A DNA stretch of 64,000 nt, from NCBI GenBank assembly GCA_963845065.1, contig CAWJQQ010000003.1, positions 255,787-319,786 on the forward strand, given 5' to 3'. Positions 1 through 9,455 of this stretch are shown one piece after another. The notes beneath the pieces are model-generated. The model did not search any database and was not told the DNA's origin. It was given only the letters and a program-made list of their open reading frames with translations. Position numbers and translations under genes: made by a program. The stretch's first letter is position 1. The number at the start of each line of letters is the position of its first letter. This stretch comes from Nitrospirota bacterium. GTDB taxonomy: Bacteria > Nitrospirota > UBA9217.

Positions 1-2
1 CC

Positions 3-128
3 TTCCTCCTTGCTCTCATGGTCAGCTGGAGTAGGTGGTCGTTTGGCGTTCATCGTCCTCGTGAGGTCGTAGCAGGGGCCTTGCTCGGTATCGGCATCAC
101 ATTCCTACTTTTCATCATCTTCAGTTGA
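3..128 (+). CDS. 3' end of a PAP2-family membrane phosphatase (possibly a DgkA-PAP2 fusion), partial at the window edge
   Basis: Manual translation FLLALMVSWSRWSFGVHRPREVVAGALLGIGITFLLFIIFS* carries the PAP2 motif-3 pattern SRx5Hx3E/D and a C-terminal TM helix. Confidence 0.65.
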   Translation, partial: FLLALMVSWSRWSFGVHRPREVVAGALLGIGITFLLFIIFS

Positions 129-406
129 TGATGCGAAAACTGCGAATAAATTGTATGTCTTCAGTTGCAATATTGGATGATCACGATTTAACCTGAAAGT
201 AAACTCGCTTCACTGATTTTCACCTGCGGTCATTGAACCCTGCAGGTGACCGAGGTGATGTTAGTACCACTTAGAACATCAGGCATAAGGTTTCCTATAA
301 TAAAGCTACAGGGGATTACCTCTGCGAGCAAAGATTTATTGCAAAGAAAAATATTATCCTTAGAGTGATTCATCCTTCTCATTCGAGTTCTTTAAAATCC
401 GTTTAA

Positions 407-534
407 CTTGCAACTCCCTGTAGCTTGCTACGGAGTCACCGCTTGGAAGAAGAAATTTGAGAAACCGCAGGTTTCTCAAATGATAATTGTCTTCTCTTTT
501 AGATACCCCGTCAGCTTGCTGCGAGGAGCTTCAT
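407..534 (+). mobile_element. Putative non-autonomous IS200/IS605-type mini element (PATE-like)
   Basis: Preceded by TTTAA (402-406); two GC-rich hairpins with CTTG loops (413-436 and 504-527); perfect central hairpin TTTGAGAAAC-cgcag-GTTTCTCAAA (456-480); ends TTCAT. Confidence 0.5.
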
Positions 535-598
535 TCTGTTTTATTAGCTATACGCTTTTTCTAGGACAAGCGAAATCCGTCTATTCGGAGGGATATAG

Positions 599-952
599 TT
601 GATCCAAGAGATCTTGGATGATCTAATCGCGTCGGTACCGGGTTCAAGGGCCGTCGTTTTTCTGGATGGCGAGGGAGAAACGATCTCTCAGTCTGGAGAT
701 TATGGCAGTGATTTGAAGTTGCTTGGCGCATGGAAAGAGATCCATCTTGACCACATACGAGAGATCGCCGAGCGCCTCGGTTTGGGTGCTGTTAATGCCG
801 TGCTTTTTTCGCTTGAAGAGGGGATTGAACTGATTGTACCTGTAGCAGGAGATTACTGCTTACTTCTTTTTTTATCAAACTTCGCGAACGTTCAGGATGC
901 AATTGCGGGTCTAAGGATTACCGTTCAACGCTTGAGAAAAGACATCGAGTAA
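599..952 (+). CDS. Roadblock/LC7 (MglB-like) domain protein
   Basis: 117 aa with the roadblock pattern (ILDDLIASVPGSRAVVFLDGEGETI); GGAGG RBS before a TTG start. Confidence 0.7.
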   Translation: MIQEILDDLIASVPGSRAVVFLDGEGETISQSGDYGSDLKLLGAWKEIHLDHIREIAERLGLGAVNAVLFSLEEGIELIVPVAGDYCLLLFLSNFANVQDAIAGLRITVQRLRKDIE

Positions 953-957
953 TTTAT

Positions 958-1917
958 CTAGAGCTGGTCGAACATCCCGAGTTTTCTGAATTTCTCATAC
1001 CGTAGTTTTACAAGGTCATCTGGCTCTATACTCTTTACTTCGCCGAGATTTCTGATAAACGCTTCTTTCAACAGTTCCGCGGCCCGTCGCGGATCTCGGT
1101 GTGCGCCCCCTATAGGCTCTTCCACCACTTCATCGATAATCCTCAACTGAAACAGGTCCTGCGCTGTAAGTTTAAGCAGTTCTGCAGCTTCGCTTGCTTT
1201 CGCACCATTATTCCAAAGGATTGCCGCGCATCCTTCAGGGGAGATAACGGAGTATGTGGCATGCTCTAGCATCATGACTCGATCGGCAACACCGAGGGCC
1301 AGTGCACCTCCACTCCCGCCTTCTCCAATCACCACAGTTACGATAGGAATCCTGAGCATGGACATGATGTAGAGGTTCCGCGCAATGGATTCACCCTGTC
1401 CTCGCTCTTCCGCGCCGATCCCGGGATAGGCTCCCTGAGTGTCTATAAAGGTTATGAGTGGCCGGTTGAACTTTTCAGCGAACTGCATCAGTCGCAATGC
1501 TTTGCGATACCCTTCGGGGTTCGGCTGGCCGAAATTGCGAAATACGCGCTCTTTTGTGGTCCTGCCTTTCTGGTGGCCGATGACTACGATGGGCATGCCA
1601 TCCAATCTAGCCATACCGCTGACAATGGCCGGATCGTCGCCAAAAGTACGGTCACCGTGCATCTCAACAAAATCAGTCAGCATAGCTTCAATATAATCGA
1701 GCGTATAAGGCCGGTTCGCATGGCGGGATATTTGGACCTTCTGCCAGGGCGAGAGTTTAGAATAAATCTCTGCGAGCAATTGATCGGATTTCTTTTGGAG
1801 TTTCAGTATTTCTTCTTCAAGATCGATGCCGCCGTTGGAAGTAAATAGTGTAAGCTCCTCGATCTTTTTTTCCAGCTCGGCTATGGGTTTTTCAAATTCA
1901 AGGTATTCTTGCGGCAA
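958..1917 (-). CDS. accA: Acetyl-CoA carboxylase carboxyltransferase alpha subunit
   Basis: YLEFEKPI N-terminus, [23 protein letters not shown] and [13 protein letters not shown] motifs. Confidence 0.97.
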   Translation of the reverse strand: MPQEYLEFEKPIAELEKKIEELTLFTSNGGIDLEEEILKLQKKSDQLLAEIYSKLSPWQKVQISRHANRPYTLDYIEAMLTDFVEMHGDRTFGDDPAIVSGMARLDGMPIVVIGHQKGRTTKERVFRNFGQPNPEGYRKALRLMQFAEKFNRPLITFIDTQGAYPGIGAEERGQGESIARNLYIMSMLRIPIVTVVIGEGGSGGALALGVADRVMMLEHATYSVISPEGCAAILWNNGAKASEAAELLKLTAQDLFQLRIIDEVVEEPIGGAHRDPRRAAELLKEAFIRNLGEVKSIEPDDLVKLRYEKFRKLGMFDQL

Positions 1918-2180
1918 AACGGACTCCCTATGTCATTAATACGTAAAAATAGATATGCCGCTCATAATGACGCGGCAAAGGCATGGGACTCTGATAATAT
2001 GCTGGTTATTATCTGATATTAAGGTGTCATTGTCAAGGGTTTGTTGAGATTCTGCCTTGTGAGTGGTGAAAGATTACAGGTTTGGTATTACAAAGTCATC
2101 GTTATTGCACATATTGCAAGGTTACAATGGGTAACAGTGGGATATGTTTATCTCAATGCGCCGTAAGACCCCGGCCGTGA

Positions 2181-3260
2181 CAGGCTGTCCGACAATTCAT
2201 TGTTCTATGGGGATATCTTCAGAACAAAACTAATAAGCTAACTGAAATGGCGATTGGAGCCGGATCTGACGAGGTATTTTATCCCCATCTCCTTCTTTCT
2301 TCCGAAGACATAACCAGATTCTCTTCAGATTCCTTGCTGCACAGGCCAGATTGAACTCCGTCTTTGCCCCCTGTATACCTCTGGCTAAGAATGCCCGCAG
2401 TCCTTGATTCTCCTTGATGTCTCCGATGACCGGTTCCACGATTTGCTGTCGTAGCTTATATACCCCTTTTGCTTGCGGCGTCTTCATCTTCGCCACCATG
2501 GAGTTTCTCTCTGTCTCCCATGGATACATCTTGAGATATCGTATCCCATCTTTCCGCTTTGTACATTTGCTCTGGCTCTGGCAAGTAGGGCATGCATTAC
2601 CTTTATATATCTTGTTCTTCAGCTTGTCAAAATGTGCTCCCAGAAAGGGTAGCGGCTTGTTTCCCGGGCATCGATATTCATCCCTGATCGCGTCGTATTG
2701 AAAATGCTCCTTGTCAAAGGGTGCTACTCCTTTCTTTTCATTGTTATCCGGTATGTAGCCATCGATCTTCCTGTCTGTCAGAAACCTGATATTAGCGCCT
2801 TCAAAGTAGGCCGCATCAAAACTCCAGGCAACACCTTCAGGCAGCCGTCCCACGTTCTCTTCTGTTTGGAGAACCTGAGGTTGCAGCTGCCCGGTATCGA
2901 CGGGGCTCTGCGTCACGTCATTCGCTAGGATGAACCCTTCTTTGTCTACCGTGATCTGAGGACTATAGGATAGCTCGATCCGACCTTTCTTGTTCTTCAT
3001 AAAGCGGCTTTCCGGGTCAGTGATGCTGACCTTCTTTAGCTTCTGGTCGTCTGCTTCCCTCTTGGCATTTTCAAGACGATTTTGTACTTCTTCTTTAAAA
3101 GACGGCCCTTTCTCACGGACCTTCTTGATGTAATATTGTGCCGCTTTCCGAATGGTCTTCTTGCTCTGTTGCGGCAACTGATCGCTTCCCCGCAAGTCGC
3201 CGAACTCGCTGTCTTCCCAGGTATCCTGTCTTGACCATTCCTCAAGCTCGTCGTCGACAA
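2181..3260 (-). pseudogene. IS1182-family element, 5'-truncated copy (transposase C-terminal part, ORF 2230-3303)
   Basis: Near-identical to 60932-62003; TIR CAGGCTGTCCGACAATTC at 2181-2198; identity stops at 3260, so the N-terminal domain and first catalytic Asp (STDGSK in the other copy) are missing. Confidence 0.9.
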
Positions 3261-3288
3261 GCTGCGCAAAAAGATGCCTCGCCCTTTC

Positions 3289-3365
3289 CAGACTGTCCGA
3301 CAATAGCTGCAGTCATAGGTAGTGTTAATAAGAAACTATGCATTCAAGGACGTTTCTGACAGCGA
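3289..3365. mobile_element. Degenerate MITE of the IS1182 element
   Basis: CAGACTGTCCGACAAT at 3289-3304 and a degenerate inverted copy (CGTTTCTGACAGCG) at about 3351-3364. Confidence 0.5.
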
Positions 3366-3512
3366 ATAAAGAAGATTCTACAACTTTTTTGAATATACCT
3401 TGCCTTTTCTATTGTTTTATAGTACTTTTATTAAGAAAAATAACAAGGGCCTGGGCGTCAGTCGAGCCGGTGTAGCGTAAAAATACGTTTATTTTTAGGG
3501 AGATCGGCAATC

Positions 3513-4268
3513 ATGACAGAACGACTTGATACTGCCCCATCGAAATCGTCAGATCGTTACAGCCGTTTTCTTCTCATTGTCGATTGCGACCCAAATCACC
3601 TTTTTTATGCTGCAATGCTTCTTCAACGGCTTGAATATAATATTTGTACTGCCAAGACTGCAGAGGAAGCCCTTGAGATGATATCCGTAGCGCTTCCGGC
3701 ACTCGTTATCACAGAAATAAACCTTACCGGCATGAGCGGTCTTGAATTAACCCGCAGACTGAAGGCAAATGGGCGTACCGTTACAGTGCCGGTGATTGCC
3801 GTGACTGAAAAGTTCACACAGACAGTGGAGCTAGAGTGCGGACAAAATGGCTGCGTTACCTGTATACGGAAGCCTATACAGGCGGAGGAGCTTTATCGCA
3901 CAGTGCAAGATGTCATCGAGAATACACCTCGCAGCGCCATGCGAGTCTTTACACACCTGGCCGTCACCGTGAACGATATCGAGCTCGATTATGAGAAGGG
4001 TGAGTTTGTATCGGTCCTTTCCGAGAAGGGCCTCTACATCCGAACGCTCAAACCCTATCCAAAAAAGGCCTTGATTCATATCCAAATGTTCATTAACAAC
4101 AATAGTGTTTCTTCTGATGCATTAGTGCTTTCCAGCCACGCGTTCGGGGAAGGGCCTTTCAAAGAACCTGGTATGGGTCTTCAGATTACGCGGATAACAT
4201 CACAAGCCCAGGGAGTGATCAGGCAATACATCAAGGACGAGATTACTAAGGGCATCAAGCCTTTTTAA
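3513..4268 (+). CDS. Atypical receiver (REC) plus PilZ-like domain protein, paralogue 1
   Basis: REC fold (LLIVD...PALVITEINLTGMSG...KP) followed by RxxxR (PRSAMR), LSEKG and EPGMGL; GGGAG RBS. Confidence 0.85.
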   Translation: MTERLDTAPSKSSDRYSRFLLIVDCDPNHLFYAAMLLQRLEYNICTAKTAEEALEMISVALPALVITEINLTGMSGLELTRRLKANGRTVTVPVIAVTEKFTQTVELECGQNGCVTCIRKPIQAEELYRTVQDVIENTPRSAMRVFTHLAVTVNDIELDYEKGEFVSVLSEKGLYIRTLKPYPKKALIHIQMFINNNSVSSDALVLSSHAFGEGPFKEPGMGLQITRITSQAQGVIRQYIKDEITKGIKPF

Positions 4269-4521
4269 TTTCGAGTTCAGTTTCGTAGTATGCTCTAATA
4301 TGAGCTGTTCGTGTTTATCACTTTTACCATGAGCAGCCCATCCAAACGACGTATTGGTTGTGGGATGAATTGGTTGCCTTTAAATTTCCCTAATATTCGG
4401 CAAACTGAACAAAAGTATAGTATGCTTTATTGCATGAATTTCCAACATCTATATCAGAGCGGCAACTCCAGCCTAAAAACCCGCTTGTCTGCAATAGAGC
4501 AACACCAGGGTACCCAATGGC

Positions 4522-4833
4522 ATGGCTTACGGTAAGGGACTAAAAAACGTACTGCGTCGCTTGATTCCTGCCGGGAAGACAATGCTGAATCAGGATATTT
4601 TGCCCGCCGGTAAACTCCATAACGTCCTTGTCATCCGGAAGAAGTTTCTGGTAGCGACCAGTGCTTTTGTCGATGCCGTATTCCTGCCGGAACCGCTAAT
4701 AAGCACGAGAACGAGTAGAGAGATATTATCCATCCTGACCACCGTCCAGAAAACCATGGAGAAAGGTTTTAACAAGGCGTATGTGGAAAAGGCCCGGCTA
4801 GCCATTCCAGCAGCCATTGAGGTAGAAAGGTGA
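4522..4833 (+). CDS. Hypothetical protein or gene fragment
   Basis: 103-aa ORF only; no recognised motif and no clear RBS. Confidence 0.25.
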   Translation: MAYGKGLKNVLRRLIPAGKTMLNQDILPAGKLHNVLVIRKKFLVATSAFVDAVFLPEPLISTRTSREILSILTTVQKTMEKGFNKAYVEKARLAIPAAIEVER

Positions 4834-4932
4834 ACACATCAGCAAAGATTGGGCAAAAGAGGGAGTGACTAAGTCGAAATTATTTTTTCTTTTTGCCCAA
4901 AATTAACACATGTAAAGGAGGAGTAACAAAAA

Positions 4933-5268
4933 ATGGAACTTGATATACGTATTGAAAAAGATTCGATATCGATAGGTATCGACAACCCTTTTCACCTTGA
5001 CATCGACTCCCTGGTTAGGCGAATTGAGCAGTTCATTACAGCAAAAGGACAGGAATTAAACGGTCTGGATGTGCGAGGGCTTTTACCACGCATGGTTAAA
5101 GGCATTGCGGGCTGCGAAGCGGGTTGCCCAGCTGATGCTAAAAGCGTGGTAAAAAAAGGATATAAGAATTTCAAGCTTGATTATATTGAGGGAGGTATTT
5201 TGTCCGCAACAGCCGAGATCGGGAATGGAAAGATACTGTCGCTCAAACTTTTTCCAGATTTTTTATAA
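4933..5268 (+). CDS. Hypothetical protein with a CxxxC(PADAK) motif
   Basis: Strong RBS AAGGAGGAG; 111 aa; GCEAGCPADAK. Confidence 0.75.
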   Translation: MELDIRIEKDSISIGIDNPFHLDIDSLVRRIEQFITAKGQELNGLDVRGLLPRMVKGIAGCEAGCPADAKSVVKKGYKNFKLDYIEGGILSATAEIGNGKILSLKLFPDFL

Positions 5269-5422
5269 GGTATTCCACCACAATAATGCAGTATTTAGAT
5301 TTTTGGCGATAATAATGACAAGGGCTGGATCAACTCAATTCAATCGAAATAGTTTATTTTTGCTCCGACCCCGAGAGACATTAACCGAATGTTGTAAAAT
5401 ACATAAATTCATAACAGGATCA

Positions 5423-6304
5423 ATGAAACAGACGGCATTCCTCTTCATCACTATTATTATCTTTATCTTTACTACAGCCGTCTATGCCTATGCCAACGAT
5501 GGTCCCAAACCGACTGCCCAGGGGAAAAACAACTCTATTAACTCTGATGCGCTGTTGGTCCTTAATAAAATAAAGAAGGCAATGCCTACTGCCCCTGTGG
5601 GATGGACCGTTGCCAGTGAGACTAAAATCAATTCTTTAACTGAGTCAGAGATAGACGAGGCAAATCAATCATATCACTTCACTTATCAAATTCGGTACAA
5701 GCGCATTACTGGGATAAAAGAAGAAAAAAAGAGACTTTATGAAGTCTACACCGAAAGCTCTGAAAGGCATGGAGAAGAGGCTAATGCGCAAATCAATGAG
5801 CTGCTTAAACAACAGACTGCGACCTCCTTGGCACTTCGCAAAGCTACTAGGCGCAAAAAACAAGCTGAAATACAGCGGCTAAATGCCGAGTTGGTTGAGA
5901 ATGGTCGGAAGATGCACGCCATCCATGAGGATGTCGACAATAAAATTAGCCGCGATGTCGATAAATATTTGCTCAAAGATACAGAGGCTATAATCGACAT
6001 TGTCGTGAACGGCGAAAATGCGGAGGACATATACGGTGAGCCGGTCTCGATTTCGAAAGCCGCATTCGCAATCCGCAGAAAGGGGGAACAGACGGGACCT
6101 TTGATCTGGCAAGAGGGCAAGACCGTGATTCTCTTTGGTGATTGGCAGCAGGTAGGAATCGGGGTGTTCAAAGGCCACGTGCTGCAAAAGTCCCAAAACA
6201 AAAAAGTACAGACAATAAAAATTACCATTACCGGTGCTAGGAATCGTGTTGTGGAGCTGCTGAGTCAAATGGACAAAACGGCGCTCCTTTCATTAATGAA
6301 TTGA
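5423..6304 (+). CDS. Secreted or periplasmic hypothetical protein with a central coiled coil
   Basis: Probable start ATG 5423 (AGGA RBS); signal peptide MKQTAFLFITIIIFIFTTAVYAYA. Confidence 0.7.
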   Translation: MKQTAFLFITIIIFIFTTAVYAYANDGPKPTAQGKNNSINSDALLVLNKIKKAMPTAPVGWTVASETKINSLTESEIDEANQSYHFTYQIRYKRITGIKEEKKRLYEVYTESSERHGEEANAQINELLKQQTATSLALRKATRRKKQAEIQRLNAELVENGRKMHAIHEDVDNKISRDVDKYLLKDTEAIIDIVVNGENAEDIYGEPVSISKAAFAIRRKGEQTGPLIWQEGKTVILFGDWQQVGIGVFKGHVLQKSQNKKVQTIKITITGARNRVVELLSQMDKTALLSLMN

Positions 6305-6414
6305 TACCGAAATGAATTGATACCGAATTTACCAATCGTATAAATGAGAAAAAAATTGATACTATCATCAGAACTGGATTTTTTACTCAGAATAAGCATG
6401 AGAGGAGGTAAATC

Positions 6415-7152
6415 ATGAATCATTCTGCGTCAGACTTGACCAAATCTACTGGACGTTACCTCCTTGTCGTGGACAGCAAAAACACAGATTTGTTTACGTG
6501 CACCACGCTCCTTCAACGGTTCGGTTACCGCGTCTGCACCGCGAATACGTCGGTCCAGGCGCTCAACATGATATCGGTGGCAATCCCTGCCCTTGTCATT
6601 GCGGACCTATACCTCCCGTTAATGACGGGCATTGACCTCAACAGCATGCTAAAGCAGGACCCCCGCACCGCTTCCGTACCAATAATTATTCTCAGGCCTT
6701 CCGGAGACGAGAGTGCGATGCGAAGGTGCCTAGCGCTAAAAATCACCACCCTTCCGAAGCCAGTCCACGTAGAAGACCTCTATTTGGCTGTCCAGAGGGC
6801 CATCGAAACCACACCGAGATCGAATATCCGCATCGAAACTCGGTTGACAGTATCCGTAAACAACGTCCCGCTCGATTGCATTGAGGGTGAATGTGCCTCG
6901 GTTCTGTCCGAGCACGGCATATATATCCGCACTCGTGAACCCCATAACCAAAACGAACATATATCCTTGGAGATAAATATCAACGGCCGAGTTATTCCTG
7001 TAGAAGCCATGGTCCTCTACAGCCACCGGCATGATGACGGACCGTTTGCGGAACCTGGCATGGGGCTCAAATTTCTCAACATCGCTCCAGAAGACCATGC
7101 CTTCATTAAAGGATTCATTCGAGATGATGTCATGAAGGAAGTATCTCCATAA
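6415..7152 (+). CDS. Atypical REC plus PilZ-like protein, paralogue 2
   Basis: AGGAGG RBS; PALVIADLYLP, PRSNIR, LSEHG, EPGMGLKF. Confidence 0.85.
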   Translation: MNHSASDLTKSTGRYLLVVDSKNTDLFTCTTLLQRFGYRVCTANTSVQALNMISVAIPALVIADLYLPLMTGIDLNSMLKQDPRTASVPIIILRPSGDESAMRRCLALKITTLPKPVHVEDLYLAVQRAIETTPRSNIRIETRLTVSVNNVPLDCIEGECASVLSEHGIYIRTREPHNQNEHISLEININGRVIPVEAMVLYSHRHDDGPFAEPGMGLKFLNIAPEDHAFIKGFIRDDVMKEVSP

Positions 7153-7181
7153 GATGCCCTGTCAATAAGTAAAGATATAGT

Positions 7182-8024
7182 ATGGACAGCTGTAGTTTAA
7201 CTACCATTACTTGCATTGTAGGAGAACGGATATTGATTGAAAATAAAATGGTAATTGAAACCGGCTTGTTGGGAACTGATCCGGGACAAAAGATCATTAT
7301 AGTAGTTGACAGCGATTGTGCCAAGCAGTTTTTCACTTGTATTTTGCTACAGCGTCTCAAATATCACGTTTTCCCCGTAAAGACTGCCGAGGAAGCTTTG
7401 ATGATCATAAAACTGACCATACCACTCCTGATAATTACGGAAATCACTCTTCCCCAGATGAACGGCATCGAACTCCTTCAAAGCATTAGGCAGAACCCTC
7501 GTACGAAAGGAGTTCCAGTTCTCATCTACACTTCATTGAACTCTTCTTTATATCGCCAGTCTTGTGAACAGGCTGGGTGCGCCGCGTATATTACGCAGCC
7601 TGCAGATCATAACCAACTCTATGAGGCTGTCCAGAGGGTTACAGAACCAAAATCGCGGACACCCCGACGTTTTGTTAGGCTCACTACATCTTTGGATGTG
7701 ATCGTGGAAGGCGTCGTTTTACCGGATGGCGGAGAGAAAAAAGAAAAAGTTACGGCGATTTCCGAACATGGGATGTTTGTGATGGCGCAAAATCCGCTGC
7801 CTTATGGGTCTACTTCATCTTTAACACTGTATCTGGACCGATCTTTGGCTTGGGGAATCAGACTTGAGGGGAAGGTCATATACAGTGTGCCTGCAGGTGA
7901 CCCGGATAAGACAGTAGGCATGGGTGTCAAGTTCACGCAGATCAGGCCCGAGGATAGGGAGTCGATAAGGCTCTTTATCACAAAAAAATTAATGGAAGGG
8001 ATTGCCGTGCCTGTTAAAGAATAA
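7182..8024 (+). CDS. Atypical REC plus PilZ-like protein, paralogue 3 (true start probably near 7233-7248)
   Basis: PLLIITEITLPQMNG, PRRFVR, ISEHG, GMGVKF. Confidence 0.85.
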   Translation: MDSCSLTTITCIVGERILIENKMVIETGLLGTDPGQKIIIVVDSDCAKQFFTCILLQRLKYHVFPVKTAEEALMIIKLTIPLLIITEITLPQMNGIELLQSIRQNPRTKGVPVLIYTSLNSSLYRQSCEQAGCAAYITQPADHNQLYEAVQRVTEPKSRTPRRFVRLTTSLDVIVEGVVLPDGGEKKEKVTAISEHGMFVMAQNPLPYGSTSSLTLYLDRSLAWGIRLEGKVIYSVPAGDPDKTVGMGVKFTQIRPEDRESIRLFITKKLMEGIAVPVKE

Positions 8025-8207
8025 CAGGAAAGGCACTGTGTTTCTTATAGGATTGCGGACACCCTTACCGCCTGTAATTAGCCCGTCTTCAATATCCTAG
8101 AGTAGATACAAAAAATGCGCTTTTAAAGAATAGGCTAGTGCATCTGAAGTTGTAATGGTTTATAATAAATATGCTATTTTCCTGATAATGAGACCACAGT
8201 CACAATA

Positions 8208-9008
8208 ATGACCTTATTGCAGGCAGGGGGAAGTAGGATGAACATAACATCATCTTTCAGGGAAAAACGTGGGCACCGCTCGATACTAGTCGTGGGCAAT
8301 AAGACCCAATCTATGCTATCTCTCTGCCTGCTGCTTCGGCGTTTTGAATATAACGTTTCCGAAGCATACACTGTTTCTGAGGCTTTCGAATTAATCGGTA
8401 CAGCTTCTTATGCACTTGTTATTACCGATTTAGTCCTTCCCGACATGAGCGGTATGGACTTCTTCCGTCTACTTAAACAGGCAAGACGTACCGCCTCCAT
8501 ACCTGTCGTAGTCGTAGTCCCAATGAGCGATGCGGCTGCGGAGAGACGCTGTTATGATACCGGTGCAGCGGGCTGCATTACAAAGCCCATCCAGTCTGAA
8601 GAACTCTACCGGGTAGTTCAGGCGGTCACTGAACCAATACCGCGAGAGAGCATCCGAATCGATGCGCGATCCCCCATAGCTCTGAACAATGAGTCGCTTG
8701 AATGTCCCGACAACTCTTGTACCATTATATTATCGGAGCACGGTATGTACATACCTACCTACAAACCGTATCCCAGAAACAAACGGATTGCGGTTCGTTT
8801 CCATATCAAAGACCGCGCGATTTCAGCCGAAGGTTCAGTTGTATATAACGACACTAGCGTAGGACAACACAAAGAACCCGGAATTGGGCTTAAATTTGTT
8901 AACATCACACCGCAGGACCAAGAATTTATCAGGAGTTTTATTCGTGATGAAGTTACGCGGGATGTCAAGAAAACATTATCTCTCGAGTTTCACGATCCTT
9001 GGCGATGA
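8208..9008 (+). CDS. Atypical REC plus PilZ-like protein, paralogue 4 (true start probably 8238)
   Basis: ALVITDLVLPDMSG, PRESIR, LSEHG, EPGIGLKF. Confidence 0.85.
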   Translation: MTLLQAGGSRMNITSSFREKRGHRSILVVGNKTQSMLSLCLLLRRFEYNVSEAYTVSEAFELIGTASYALVITDLVLPDMSGMDFFRLLKQARRTASIPVVVVVPMSDAAAERRCYDTGAAGCITKPIQSEELYRVVQAVTEPIPRESIRIDARSPIALNNESLECPDNSCTIILSEHGMYIPTYKPYPRNKRIAVRFHIKDRAISAEGSVVYNDTSVGQHKEPGIGLKFVNITPQDQEFIRSFIRDEVTRDVKKTLSLEFHDPWR

Positions 9009-9151
9009 CCTGGAACACGACCAAGGTTAAGACTCTAACTTCGCGTGGCTCAGAGAGAAGCGATCGAGTCTATTTCTGCTAATTTTGCGGAGAGGCCATT
9101 ATTCCTTACTTCACGAACTAAAAAACCTCCGTTAAAGATTGATCAGGAAAC

Positions 9152-9415
9152 TTGATTATCAATTCGCTCTGTACTATCTTCATGATATACGTAAGACAGG
9201 CAAAACAAATATTCGAAGTATCCACGCTAAGCGTGATCATTCTCTCACTTTACAGCGTCGTTTTTCTCAGCCTTATCGGTTTAAGTCACTTCGGGCAATT
9301 CGTATACATGGTGAATTTCTTTGTCATGATGTTCTCAACTATGAGCTGGATCGTCATATCTTCTTTGATAAAGTGGCAAAAGTGGTACAAACTGGCAATA
9401 CAAAAAGATTTCTAG
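9152..9415 (+). CDS. Possible small two-TM membrane protein
   Basis: 87-aa ORF with two hydrophobic stretches; start uncertain. Confidence 0.3.
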   Translation: MIINSLCTIFMIYVRQAKQIFEVSTLSVIILSLYSVVFLSLIGLSHFGQFVYMVNFFVMMFSTMSWIVISSLIKWQKWYKLAIQKDF

Positions 9416-9455
9416 ATCTGAATCAAGAATGTTTCATATCATTCCGTCAGGATAA

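Noticed and set aside
188..286. Selenoprotein reading of the micro-ORF with an in-frame TGA
   Set aside because: No convincing SECIS hairpin downstream of the TGA and no recognisable selenoprotein motif
188..295. 6S RNA, glycine riboswitch or hammerhead ribozyme
   Set aside because: Only short motif resemblances; wrong length or context and core nucleotides missing
408..602. 64-aa ORF
   Set aside because: Overlaps the palindromic mini element; no RBS or motif
3261..3303. N-terminus MSDSLERARHLFAQL of the 357-aa transposase ORF
   Set aside because: Derived from unrelated flank or MITE sequence past the breakpoint, so not a real start
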